A DNA stretch of 26,525 nt, from NCBI GenBank assembly GCA_030705725.1, contig JAUZPW010000001.1:1-26525 (forward strand). Reading direction: 5' to 3'. A program made the position numbers and the translations under genes. This document shows positions 1 through 8,014 of this stretch, piece after piece. Source of the DNA: Bacillota bacterium. GTDB taxonomy: Bacteria; Bacillota; Clostridia; Oscillospirales; Butyricicoccaceae. Every line of letters starts with the position of its first letter. The first letter of the stretch is position 1. The notes under the pieces are model-generated. The model worked only from the letters and a program-made list of their open reading frames with translations. It was not told the origin of the DNA and made no database searches.

Positions 1-1289
1 ACTTCTGCCATCACCTTTTCCTCGTCGATGCCGGTTAAAATCCTGTCCTTCATAAGCACTTTACCGTTGCAGACCGTGGTGACGACGTTTCTGCCGGTCA
101 TGCCGAACAAAACATGTCCGTTGCAGTTTCCGCCGTCCATCGGAGTCAGCGGAATATAATCCGAGACTATAACGTCCGCCGCGGCGCCTTCCTTCAGAAT
201 GCCCAGCGGTTTTTCAAAATACCGCCCCGCGATTTTCGCGTTGCCCTCGAAAAGCATCTGCGGAACCTCGGCCCAGGCGGCGTTCGCGTCGCACAGATGG
301 TGCTTGTGCAGGATGTTCGCAACCTTATAAGACTCGGTCATATCATGGGTATAGCCGTCGGTGCCTAACCCCGTCAAAACTCCGTGGTGAACGATTTCCA
401 TCGTGGGCGGGCAGCCGCAGGCGTTTCCCATGTTCGATTCGGGGTTGTGCACCACCATGGTGTCCGTCTCCTTCAGCAGCTCCATCTCGTGCCTGTTTAC
501 GTATATGCAGTGCGCGGTAATGGTTTTCGGCCCCAGCACGCCCAAATCCATAAGCCTGTCGATAATTCTTTTTCCGTAGTGCTTGAGGCAGTGGTGCAGA
601 TCCTCGATACCTTCCGCGACATGGATATGGTAACCGACCCCTTCCGGTTTCTGCGCCGCGCACAGCTCAAGGGTTTCGTCCGAAAGGGTAAAGGAAGCGT
701 GCAGCCCCATCATACCCGCGATCATGCCGTTTCCGTTTTTTAGTGCATGCTTTATAAAATTAGAGTTTTCCTCAACGGCTGCTTTTGCTTTGTCTTTGCC
801 GTCGCGGTCTGACACCTCATAGCAGAGGCATGTCCTCACTCCCATCTCGGAAGCCGCATTCTCAATCGCGGACAGACTGCCCGTTATTTCTCCATAGCTT
901 GCATGATGATCGAAAACCGTAGTTACTCCGTTTTTTATCGAATCAATGTAAGTCGCCCGTGCGCTCTGCCTGGTCTGCTCAAGCGTGAGGTGGCGGTCTA
1001 TATTCCACCACATTCCGTCAAGAATGTCGAGAAAGCCCTTCGGATTGTATCCGCGGATGCTGAGTCCCCTGGCCATGGCGCTGTATATATGCTCGTGAGC
1101 GTTAATAAATGCCGGCATGATAACGCCGCCCCCGGCGTTTATGAAATCTGCCTTCGGAAAGCTTTCCCTTATCTCCTTGGTAGGCCCGACTTTTTTGATT
1201 TCGCACCCTTCAATCGCGACAGCTCCGTCCTCGAGATATGGATTAGACACGTCCCTTGTAACCATTCTCCCGTTTCCGATAATCAGCAT
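1..1289 (-). CDS. ssnA: Putative aminohydrolase SsnA (amidohydrolase superfamily), 3'-truncated by the window edge
   Basis: Manual translation of the minus strand from ATG at 1289 (RBS GGAGGAG upstream): MLIIGNGRMVTRD...NAHEHIYS...GLHAS...HIHVAEG...AHC...GTDG...KVMAEV. Open to position 1; HxH, HxxE and Asp metal ligands present; typical ssnA context. Missing from the ORF track because no stop lies in the window. Confidence 0.9.
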   Translation of the reverse strand, partial: MLIIGNGRMVTRDVSNPYLEDGAVAIEGCEIKKVGPTKEIRESFPKADFINAGGGVIMPAFINAHEHIYSAMARGLSIRGYNPKGFLDILDGMWWNIDRHLTLEQTRQSARATYIDSIKNGVTTVFDHHASYGEITGSLSAIENAASEMGVRTCLCYEVSDRDGKDKAKAAVEENSNFIKHALKNGNGMIAGMMGLHASFTLSDETLELCAAQKPEGVGYHIHVAEGIEDLHHCLKHYGKRIIDRLMDLGVLGPKTITAHCIYVNRHEMELLKETDTMVVHNPESNMGNACGCPPTMEIVHHGVLTGLGTDGYTHDMTESYKVANILHKHHLCDANAAWAEVPQMLFEGNAKIAGRYFEKPLGILKEGAAADVIVSDYIPLTPMDGGNCNGHVLFGMTGRNVVTTVCNGKVLMKDRILTGIDEEKVMAE

Positions 1290-1354
1290 TTAAGGTTCTC
1301 CTCCGCCGTTAATTTATATTTATATAACTTATACGTTCCCACGTTTATATAGTC

Positions 1355-1383
1355 ATACTACCACCCTAAAACCACGATTGCAA
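1355..1383 (-). promoter_or_regulatory. Putative sigma-A promoter for ssnA
   Basis: Minus strand TTGCAA (1383-1378), 17-nt spacer, TG-g-TAGTAT (1360-1355). Confidence 0.55.
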
Positions 1384-1390
1384 TAGCAAT

Positions 1391-1427
1391 ATCCAAATAT
1401 TTTTAGTATAGCTAAATATTTTTGTAT
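1391..1427. promoter_or_regulatory. Candidate tandem operator (two overlapping 19-bp quasi-palindromes, 18-bp period) between divergent promoters
   Basis: ATCCAAATATTTTTAGTATAGCTAAATATTTTTGTAT is 28/37 identical to the reverse complement of 21589-21625; it sits 7 bp from each flanking -35 box. Confidence 0.5.
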
Positions 1428-1434
1428 AAAGTTC

Positions 1435-1462
1435 TTGCTTTTCCCTTATTTTGTGTTATGAT
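1435..1462 (+). promoter_or_regulatory. Putative sigma-A promoter for the regulator-dpaL-ygeY-ygeW-arcC operon
   Basis: TTGCTT (1435-1440), 16-nt spacer, extended -10 TG-t-TATGAT (1454-1462). Confidence 0.5.
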
Positions 1463-1491
1463 GAAGCTGTAATTTGTATAAAGGAGTATTT

Positions 1492-2127
1492 ATGACACCT
1501 ACACTTGACCTTTTAATACAGTTTGCAGACGGAATGTCTAAGCAGTTCGGTCAGGATTGCGAGATCGTTATTCACGATCTCACCCTCCAAAACCTAGAGC
1601 ATTCCATTATTTACATAGTAAACGGCCACGTGACGAACCGTAAACCGGGTGACGGTCCTTCAAAGGTTGTGCTTGAAACCCTGCATAAGGACCCAGACTC
1701 ACTTAAGGACCATATCGGTTATCTGACGCGCACCTCCGACGGGCGGATATTAAAATCCAGCACAATGTATATTCGCGGGGAAGACCGCAGGATACATTAT
1801 ATATTTTCCTTAAATTACGATATTACGGGCCTGCTTGCGGTCGACAGGGCGGTCAAACAGCTGGTCGAATCCGAGCCGCAGGCCGGAAACAAGCAGCCGG
1901 AGCAGATCTTGCAGAACGTAAACGATCTTCTTGACAACCTGATCGAGCAGTCCGTGGCAATGATTGGCAAGCCGGTCGCTCTTATGACGAAGGATGAGAA
2001 AGTCTCCGCGATCCAGTTCTTGAACGACGCGGGTGCCTTTCTGATAACAAAATCCGGAGACAAGGTATCTAAATACTTCGGGATTTCCAAATATACGTTG
2101 TACAGCTACATTGACGTTAATAAATAA
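1492..2127 (+). CDS. YheO-like PAS domain / HTH transcriptional regulator (YheO/DauR/HeuR family)
   Basis: N-terminal FGQDCEIVIHDL...NGHVTNRKPG...GRILKSST (PAS_6-like) and C-terminal MTKDEKVSAIQFLNDAGAFLITKSGDKVSKYFGISKYTLYSYI (HTH_22-like). Start moved to ATG 1492 behind RBS AAGGAG. Confidence 0.88.
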   Translation: MTPTLDLLIQFADGMSKQFGQDCEIVIHDLTLQNLEHSIIYIVNGHVTNRKPGDGPSKVVLETLHKDPDSLKDHIGYLTRTSDGRILKSSTMYIRGEDRRIHYIFSLNYDITGLLAVDRAVKQLVESEPQAGNKQPEQILQNVNDLLDNLIEQSVAMIGKPVALMTKDEKVSAIQFLNDAGAFLITKSGDKVSKYFGISKYTLYSYIDVNK

Positions 2128-2141
2128 GGGGGATTTTTTTG

Positions 2142-3353
2142 ATGTGCGAGCCCATAAAATGGGTAGAAAACAAAATGCCTAAGACTGAAGACAAAGAGCT
2201 TCAGGTCATGAAACTTGACGAGATAGAAAAAGCCAGGGCTTTTCACAGGAGTTTTCCCGAGTACAGCGAAACTCCTTTGGCGAAGCTTGATCATATGGCG
2301 TCTTTTCTCGGCCTTAAAGAGGTTTATGTTAAAGACGAATCCTACCGTTTCGGACTGAACGCTTTTAAAGTCCTCGGCGGCTCATACGCAATGGCCCGTT
2401 ACATAGCACAGAAAACGGGAAAAGACGTTTCAGAGCTTCCCTTCAGCGTTCTCAGCTCCGACGAGCTCCGCAAAGAGTTCGGCCAGGCCACTTTCTTTAC
2501 GGCAACCGACGGAAACCACGGCCGCGGCGTCGCGTGGTCGGCGAATAAGCTGAAGCAAAAGGCCGTCGTACTTATGCCTAAAGGCACGACTAAGACCCGC
2601 CTGCTCAACATTCAGAAGGAAAACGCGACCGTGACGATTGAGGACGCAAACTATGACGAATGCGTCAGAATGGCGGCAGCGGCTGCCGAAAAGACAAAGA
2701 ACGGCGTTATGGTTCAGGACACCGCGTGGGACGGTTACGAGGAGATTCCCTCGTGGATTATGCAGGGCTACGGCACCATGGCGATGGAAGCGGACGAGCA
2801 GCTTAAAGAATATGGCTGCCGGCGCCCCACGCATGTGTTTGTTCAGGCGGGCGTCGGTTCCCTTGCCGGTGCCGTCACCGGTTACTTTATGAACCGTTAT
2901 CCTGAAAATCCCCCTACAGTGGTCGTTGTTGAGGCCGAGGCGGCCGCCTGCCTGTATAAGGGAGCCTTAGCGGGCGACGGAAAAATCAGAATAGTCGACG
3001 GAGATATGGAGACTATTATGGCCGGCCTTGCCTGCGGCGAGCCTAATACGATTTCCTGGGATATACTTAAAAACCATGTGCGTGTTTTCACATCCTGCCC
3101 CGACTGGGTTTCAGCCAAGGGAATGAGGATGCTTTCCGCTCCCATTAAAGGCGATCCCCAGGTTGTTTCCGGCGAATCCGGAGCCGTCTCCATGGGGCTT
3201 TTGAGCTCGATTATGAAATCCGACGAGCTCAGAGGCTTAAAAGAGGCCCTCGGCCTCAACTCAGATTCAAGGGTGCTTATGTTTTCCACAGAAGGCGACA
3301 CAGACCCGGACCGTTACAAGTCCATCGTCTGGGACGCTGAAAAGTGTTTATAA
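2142..3353 (+). CDS. dpaL: Diaminopropionate ammonia-lyase (PLP, fold type II)
   Basis: VKDESYRFGLNAFKVLGGSYA (PLP Lys), TATDGNHGRGVA, QAGVGSLA, MAGLACGEP; about 403 aa; RBS AAGGGGG. Confidence 0.93.
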   Translation: MCEPIKWVENKMPKTEDKELQVMKLDEIEKARAFHRSFPEYSETPLAKLDHMASFLGLKEVYVKDESYRFGLNAFKVLGGSYAMARYIAQKTGKDVSELPFSVLSSDELRKEFGQATFFTATDGNHGRGVAWSANKLKQKAVVLMPKGTTKTRLLNIQKENATVTIEDANYDECVRMAAAAAEKTKNGVMVQDTAWDGYEEIPSWIMQGYGTMAMEADEQLKEYGCRRPTHVFVQAGVGSLAGAVTGYFMNRYPENPPTVVVVEAEAAACLYKGALAGDGKIRIVDGDMETIMAGLACGEPNTISWDILKNHVRVFTSCPDWVSAKGMRMLSAPIKGDPQVVSGESGAVSMGLLSSIMKSDELRGLKEALGLNSDSRVLMFSTEGDTDPDRYKSIVWDAEKCL

Positions 3354-3368
3354 ATGGAGGGTTAAAGA

Positions 3369-4562
3369 ATGGATTTTGCAAAAATCAAGGAAGCCGCAAA
3401 GTACTATGAAAAGGATATGACAAAGTTTCTCCGCGATCTTGTGCGCATCCCTGGCGAAAGCTGCGGCGAGGAAGGGCATATCAACAGGATCGCCAAGGAA
3501 ATGAAAGCCCTTGGGTTTGATAAAGTCGAAATTGATCCTATGGGCAACGTTCTTGGCTATATGGGCACCGGCAAAACTCTTATCGGCTTCGACGGGCATA
3601 TCGATACCGTAGGAATCGGGAACATGGATAACTGGGAATTCGATCCTTACGAGGGATATGAAAACGACACTGAGATCGGCGGCCGCGGTTCCTCAGACCA
3701 GCTCGGCGGCATCGTTTCAGCGGTTTACGGAGCCAAAATAATGAAGGACCTCGGTCTTTTAAGCGACAAATACACTGTGCTCGTAACGGGCACGGTTCAG
3801 GAAGAAGACTGCGACGGTCTTTGCTGGCAGTATATAATCAACGAGGATAAGGTAAAGCCTGAATTCGTTGTAATCACCGAACCAACTGACGGAAACATCT
3901 ACCGCGGCCAGCGCGGGCGCATGGAGATCCGCGTCGACGTAAAGGGCGTGTCCTGCCACGGCTCGGCCCCCGAGCGCGGAGACAATGCGATATATAAAAT
4001 GGCGGATATTCTTCAGGAAGTGCGCGGCTTAAACGACAAGCTTCACTATGATCCGTTTCTGGGCAAAGGCACTCTTGCCGTTTCAGAAATTTTCTTTACG
4101 TCTCCCTCAAGATGCGCCGTTGCGGACAGCTGCGCAATCTCGATAGACCGCCGTCTTACGCACGGTGAGACATATGAGAGTGCTCTCGACGAAATTTCCG
4201 CCCTGCCTTCCGTAAAAAAATACGGCGCCAAGGTCAGCATGTATTCCTATGACAGGCCGAGCTATAAAAATCTCGTATACCCGACGAGCTGCTTCTTCCC
4301 GACATGGGTAATTCCTGAGGACCATCCCGCGACGATCGCGATGACGGAGGCTTACAAGGGCATGTTCGGCGAGCCCAAAGTCGACAAATGGACCTTCTCA
4401 ACAAACGGCGTTTCCATTATGGGCCGCTTCAATATTCCCTGCATAGGCTTCGGCCCCGGCAAGGAAGCTCAGGCGCATGCGCCGAACGAAAGAACCTGGA
4501 AAGCGGATCTGGTCAAGTGCGCCGCGGTATATGCCGCGCTGCCGTCCCTTTACTGCAAATAA
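3369..4562 (+). CDS. ygeY: YgeY-family M20 metallohydrolase (selenium metabolism-linked hydrolase)
   Basis: M20 motifs DGHIDTV, DQLGG, QEEDCDG, ITEP, AHAPNE; position between dpaL and ygeW; RBS GGAGG. Confidence 0.88.
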   Translation: MDFAKIKEAAKYYEKDMTKFLRDLVRIPGESCGEEGHINRIAKEMKALGFDKVEIDPMGNVLGYMGTGKTLIGFDGHIDTVGIGNMDNWEFDPYEGYENDTEIGGRGSSDQLGGIVSAVYGAKIMKDLGLLSDKYTVLVTGTVQEEDCDGLCWQYIINEDKVKPEFVVITEPTDGNIYRGQRGRMEIRVDVKGVSCHGSAPERGDNAIYKMADILQEVRGLNDKLHYDPFLGKGTLAVSEIFFTSPSRCAVADSCAISIDRRLTHGETYESALDEISALPSVKKYGAKVSMYSYDRPSYKNLVYPTSCFFPTWVIPEDHPATIAMTEAYKGMFGEPKVDKWTFSTNGVSIMGRFNIPCIGFGPGKEAQAHAPNERTWKADLVKCAAVYAALPSLYCK

Positions 4563-4586
4563 AATTAATATAAAAGGAGCGGAAAA

Positions 4587-5780
4587 ATGAACACATTAAA
4601 AGATTATATCGGAAAGCTCAATACTCTCAAACTCAGCAATATGTACGACAACGATTTTTTCCTTACCTGGGAAAAGACGGATGACGAACTCCAGGCGGTC
4701 TGGACCGTGGCGGACGCTCTCCGCTGCCTCCGTGAAAACAATATTTCGACAAAAGTCTTCGACAGCGGGCTCGGAATCTCCCTGTTCCGCGACAATTCCA
4801 CCCGCACGCGTTTTTCATTCTCATCCGCCTGCAACCTTCTCGGGCTTGAGGTTCAGGACCTTGACGAAGGAAAATCCCAGATCGCTCACGGCGAGACCGT
4901 AAGGGAAACCGCCAACATGATCTCCTTTATGGCCGACGTCATCGGCATCCGCGACGACATGTATATAGGCAAGGGCAACACCTATATGAGAAACGTTTCG
5001 AAGGCTGTCCGCGAGGGAAACCGTGACGGAGTCCTTGAGCAAAGGCCCACTCTCGTAAACCTTCAGTGCGACATCGACCACCCGACCCAGTGCATGGCCG
5101 ATCTGCTTCACGTCATACATGAGTTCGGCGGAATTAAGAACCTTAAAGGAAAAAAGCTCGCGATGTCCTGGGCGTACTCGCCATCATACGGCAAGCCGCT
5201 GTCCGTTCCTCAGGGCGTAATCGGCCTGATGACCCGCATGGGCATGGATGTCGTCCTCGCTCACCCGGAAGGCTACGAAGTAATGCCGGAGGTTGAGGAA
5301 ATCGCAAAGAACAACGCCGCAAAATCAGGCGGCTCGTTCAGAAAAACCAACAATATGGCCGACGCCTTCAAGGATGCCGATATAGTATATCCGAAGAGCT
5401 GGGCTCCCTTCGCCGCTATGGAAAAGCGCACGGCGCTTTACGGCGACGGCGATATGGACGGCATCAAGAAGCTTGAAAAAGAGCTCCTCGCACAGAACGC
5501 GGATCATAAAGACTGGGCCTGCACCGAGGAACTGATGAAAACAACGAAAAACGGAAGCGCGCTTTACCTGCACTGCCTGCCCGCCGACATCTCCGGCGTA
5601 AGCTGCAAAGAGGGCGAAGTCGACGCGTCGGTATTCGACCGCTACCGCGTTCCCCTTTATAAACAGGCCAGCTTTAAGCCCTATGTAATTGCCGCGATGA
5701 TATTCCTGAGCAAATTCAATGACCCGGCTGCTCTCCTCAAAAAGCTCGAAGACAGAGGCACGCGCAGGATATTTGAATAA
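4587..5780 (+). CDS. ygeW: Knotted carbamoyltransferase YgeW
   Basis: FRDNSTRTR (SxRT), NLQCDIDHPTQ, AYSPSYGKPLSVPQ, YLHCLP; 397 aa; RBS AAGGAG. Confidence 0.92.
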   Translation: MNTLKDYIGKLNTLKLSNMYDNDFFLTWEKTDDELQAVWTVADALRCLRENNISTKVFDSGLGISLFRDNSTRTRFSFSSACNLLGLEVQDLDEGKSQIAHGETVRETANMISFMADVIGIRDDMYIGKGNTYMRNVSKAVREGNRDGVLEQRPTLVNLQCDIDHPTQCMADLLHVIHEFGGIKNLKGKKLAMSWAYSPSYGKPLSVPQGVIGLMTRMGMDVVLAHPEGYEVMPEVEEIAKNNAAKSGGSFRKTNNMADAFKDADIVYPKSWAPFAAMEKRTALYGDGDMDGIKKLEKELLAQNADHKDWACTEELMKTTKNGSALYLHCLPADISGVSCKEGEVDASVFDRYRVPLYKQASFKPYVIAAMIFLSKFNDPAALLKKLEDRGTRRIFE

Positions 5781-5803
5781 GCCGTTCCGGGGAGGAAAAC
5801 CGC

Positions 5804-6748
5804 TTGGAAAAGTCAAAACGAATAGTCATAGCCCTCGGCGGAAACGCGCTCGGCAACACGCTTCCCGAGCAGATGAAGGCAGTTAAAATTACATCCCGCG
5901 CTATTGTGGACCTTATAGAGGAAGGCTGCGAGGTTGTGGTGGTTCACGGAAACGGTCCGCAGGTTGGCATGATAAACAACGCAATGACAGCCCTTTCGAG
6001 GGAAGATCCTTCCCAACCCAATACGCCGCTTTCCGTATGCGTCGCCATGAGCCAGGCTTATATCGGCTACGACCTTCAGAACGCGCTGCGCGAGGAGCTT
6101 TATAACCGTAATATCTACAATATACCCGTGGCGACGATGGTAACGCAGATGCGCGTCGACGAAAACGATCCCGCGTTTTTGAACCCGTCAAAGCCTATCG
6201 GTCATTTTATGACCCTTGAGCAGGCTAAAGTCGCCGAAGAAAAGTACGGTTACATTATAAAAGAGGACTCCGGACGAGGCTACCGCCGTGTGGTCGCCTC
6301 GCCGAAGCCCGCGGAAATAATCGAATTAGGCGCTATACGCACGCTCGTCGATTCGGGACAGCTGGTTATCGCCTGCGGAGGCGGCGGCATTCCCGTCATG
6401 CTTAAAGGCAACCATTTGAGAGGTGCCAGCGCCGTAATAGACAAGGATCACGCCAGCTGTCTGTTAGCCGAAGAGCTTGACGCGGATTATCTTATTATAT
6501 TGACCGCCGTCGAGAAGGTGGCGATAAACTTCAAAAAGCCGGATGAAAAACAGCTTGACGACATCTCGGTCGAAGAAGCCCAAAGATACATAAAAGAAGG
6601 ACACTTCGCGCCCGGTTCGATGCTCCCGAAGGTAGAGGCGTCGGTTCGCTTCGCTTCCTCCAAGCCCGGCCGCACAGCGCTAATAACGCTGCTTGAAAAA
6701 GCTAAAGACGGAATAAACGGCAAAACCGGAACCAGAATACATCTTTAA
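5804..6748 (+). CDS. arcC: Carbamate kinase (YqeA/ArcC family)
   Basis: IALGGNAL, VHGNGPQVG, PSKPIG, GYRRVVASP, GGGGIPV, VIDKD, GSMLPK; TTG start behind GGGGAGG. Confidence 0.93.
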   Translation: MEKSKRIVIALGGNALGNTLPEQMKAVKITSRAIVDLIEEGCEVVVVHGNGPQVGMINNAMTALSREDPSQPNTPLSVCVAMSQAYIGYDLQNALREELYNRNIYNIPVATMVTQMRVDENDPAFLNPSKPIGHFMTLEQAKVAEEKYGYIIKEDSGRGYRRVVASPKPAEIIELGAIRTLVDSGQLVIACGGGGIPVMLKGNHLRGASAVIDKDHASCLLAEELDADYLIILTAVEKVAINFKKPDEKQLDDISVEEAQRYIKEGHFAPGSMLPKVEASVRFASSKPGRTALITLLEKAKDGINGKTGTRIHL

Positions 6749-6751
6749 TAA

Positions 6752-6803
6752 TAAGCATAACCAAAGGGGGCTGCATTTTGCAAGCCCCCTTTGGTTATGC
6801 TTA
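6752..6803. terminator. 21-bp perfect inverted repeat between convergent arcC and lysR; probable bidirectional terminator
   Basis: TAAGCATAACCAAAGGGGGCT (6752-6772) / AGCCCCCTTTGGTTATGCTTA (6783-6803), 10-nt loop. Confidence 0.7.
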
Positions 6804-6853
6804 CGCCGAATCTGCTTATATGCCGGCTCTGACTATATTGTTAGTTAAGGAAA

Positions 6854-7753
6854 TCAAAGCATTTCCCGCTTAGGATATTCTTTCAGAAAAAGAATAAAAT
6901 CCGACGTATTCTTTGGCAAATACCGATTCTCCATATATACGATATAGAGGTTTCTGATTAATTTGTACTTTCCAAGCGGAAAGATCATCAGCAGACCTTG
7001 CTGTTCAAGCTGCTCAACCATTCTGCGCGAAATGATCGAAATGCCAATGCCTTGTATAATGCACTGCCGGAGCGCGTCGGCATCGTTTAAGTAAACGATT
7101 ATATTCAGTTTATCAATGGATATGTTGAGGCCCGATAAAAAGCGCTCGGTTTCCAATTTTGTTCCGGAACTGCCTGTCCGCATGATAAACGGCTCTTTTA
7201 ATAGCTCGTCAAAAGAACAGCCTGCCTGAAGCATCCGTTGATAATGGGCTGTATTCGGTGCGGCAATGACCAATTCATCAAGGACAAAGGGCTCAAACAC
7301 ACAGTCGGATTCTGCGGTCGTTCCGACAATGCCGACATCAATATTTCCGTCTTTAACCTTCTGGATAATTTCCATACTGTCGGATTGATAAATGTGAAAA
7401 TGCAATTCCGGTGCCTTATGATGGTAGTCGGATAAGATCCCGGGTAAAACACATTGTCCAGGGACTGATGAAACACCGAGAAAAAGCTCTTTCTTATAGT
7501 CATCTGAAAGCTCATGAACAGCCTTATTCCGAAGATGAAGGATGTTGACTGCATATTCATACAGTCGCTGCCCGTCTGCGGTAATTTCAAATTCCTTCGT
7601 TGTCCGTTTAATCAGCCTGACCTTTAATTCCTTCTCCAATGAACGAATATGCGCGCTTATCGTAGGTTGCGTAAGATAGAGCTTTTCAGCTGCGGCTGAA
7701 AAGCTCTTATTCTCAACTGTATAAGCAAATGCTTCCAACTGGTGAAAATCCAT
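6854..7753 (-). CDS. LysR-family transcriptional regulator (CysL/CmpR-like; resembles LysRs recalled from clostridial selenium/sulfur loci)
   Basis: HTH MDFHQLEAF...SFSAAAEKLYLTQPTISAHIRSLEKEL; 299 aa; LysR substrate domain (MRTGSSGT). The subfamily call is from recall only. Confidence 0.92.
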   Translation of the reverse strand: MDFHQLEAFAYTVENKSFSAAAEKLYLTQPTISAHIRSLEKELKVRLIKRTTKEFEITADGQRLYEYAVNILHLRNKAVHELSDDYKKELFLGVSSVPGQCVLPGILSDYHHKAPELHFHIYQSDSMEIIQKVKDGNIDVGIVGTTAESDCVFEPFVLDELVIAAPNTAHYQRMLQAGCSFDELLKEPFIMRTGSSGTKLETERFLSGLNISIDKLNIIVYLNDADALRQCIIQGIGISIISRRMVEQLEQQGLLMIFPLGKYKLIRNLYIVYMENRYLPKNTSDFILFLKEYPKREML

Positions 7754-7797
7754 AACAAAACCTTCAAATTAAATCAACTGTTTCTTAACTTGAGTAT

Positions 7798-7826
7798 ATT
7801 ATATTTTTATTTATAGAAAAAATCAA
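7798..7826 (-). promoter_or_regulatory. Putative sigma-A promoter for lysR
   Basis: Minus strand TTGATT (7826-7821), 17 nt, TATAAT (7803-7798). Confidence 0.6.
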
Positions 7827-7827
7827 T
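7813..7827. promoter_or_regulatory. Candidate LysR T-N11-A box overlapping the lysR -35
   Basis: ATAG-AAAAAAT-CAAT, a partial dyad around T-N11-A at a position typical of LysR autorepression. The AT-rich context weakens the call. Confidence 0.35.
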
Positions 7828-7842
7828 AAATGTCAAATAAAG

Positions 7843-7864
7843 ATGTGAATTATCAATTTCACAT
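7843..7864. promoter_or_regulatory. Dyad ATGTGAA-N8-TTCACAT overlapping the -35 of the DCCP operon promoter
   Basis: Perfect 7-bp arms at 7843-7849 and 7858-7864. Confidence 0.4.
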
Positions 7865-7886
7865 AGAAAGAACGGCATGCTATCAT
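7858..7886 (+). promoter_or_regulatory. Putative sigma-A promoter for the DCCP-activase-desulfurase operon
   Basis: TTCACA (7858-7863), 17 nt, TG-c-TATCAT (7878-7886). Confidence 0.5.
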
Positions 7887-8014
7887 TAAATAGATTGTGT
7901 GATTATTTTTTTGTTGATAGCAACGGGCCTTTTTTACATATATATGGATTTCATACTGATAGAACCGGCCCGATCATGCTTTGCGGCCGAGCTATATAGA
8001 AAGGTGATAAGATC

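Noticed and set aside
114-1352. Plus-strand ORFs 114-368, 384-743 and 903-1352
   Set aside because: They are antisense shadows of ssnA, which has an RBS, a promoter and amidohydrolase motifs on the minus strand.
1290-1491. sigma-54 promoter as in the E. coli YgeV-controlled cluster
   Set aside because: No TGGCAC-N5-TTGC pattern was seen in this interval and no enhancer-binding protein gene is in the window; sigma-A-like boxes explain both directions.
7843-7864. Canonical Rex or Crp/Fnr site
   Set aside because: The spacer does not match either consensus; kept only as an unassigned dyad.
7893-8014. SAM-I riboswitch in the DCCP leader
   Set aside because: GCAAC, GGCCCGAT and GATAAG are present but in the wrong order, and the 5' TTATC and GGAGGGA elements are absent.
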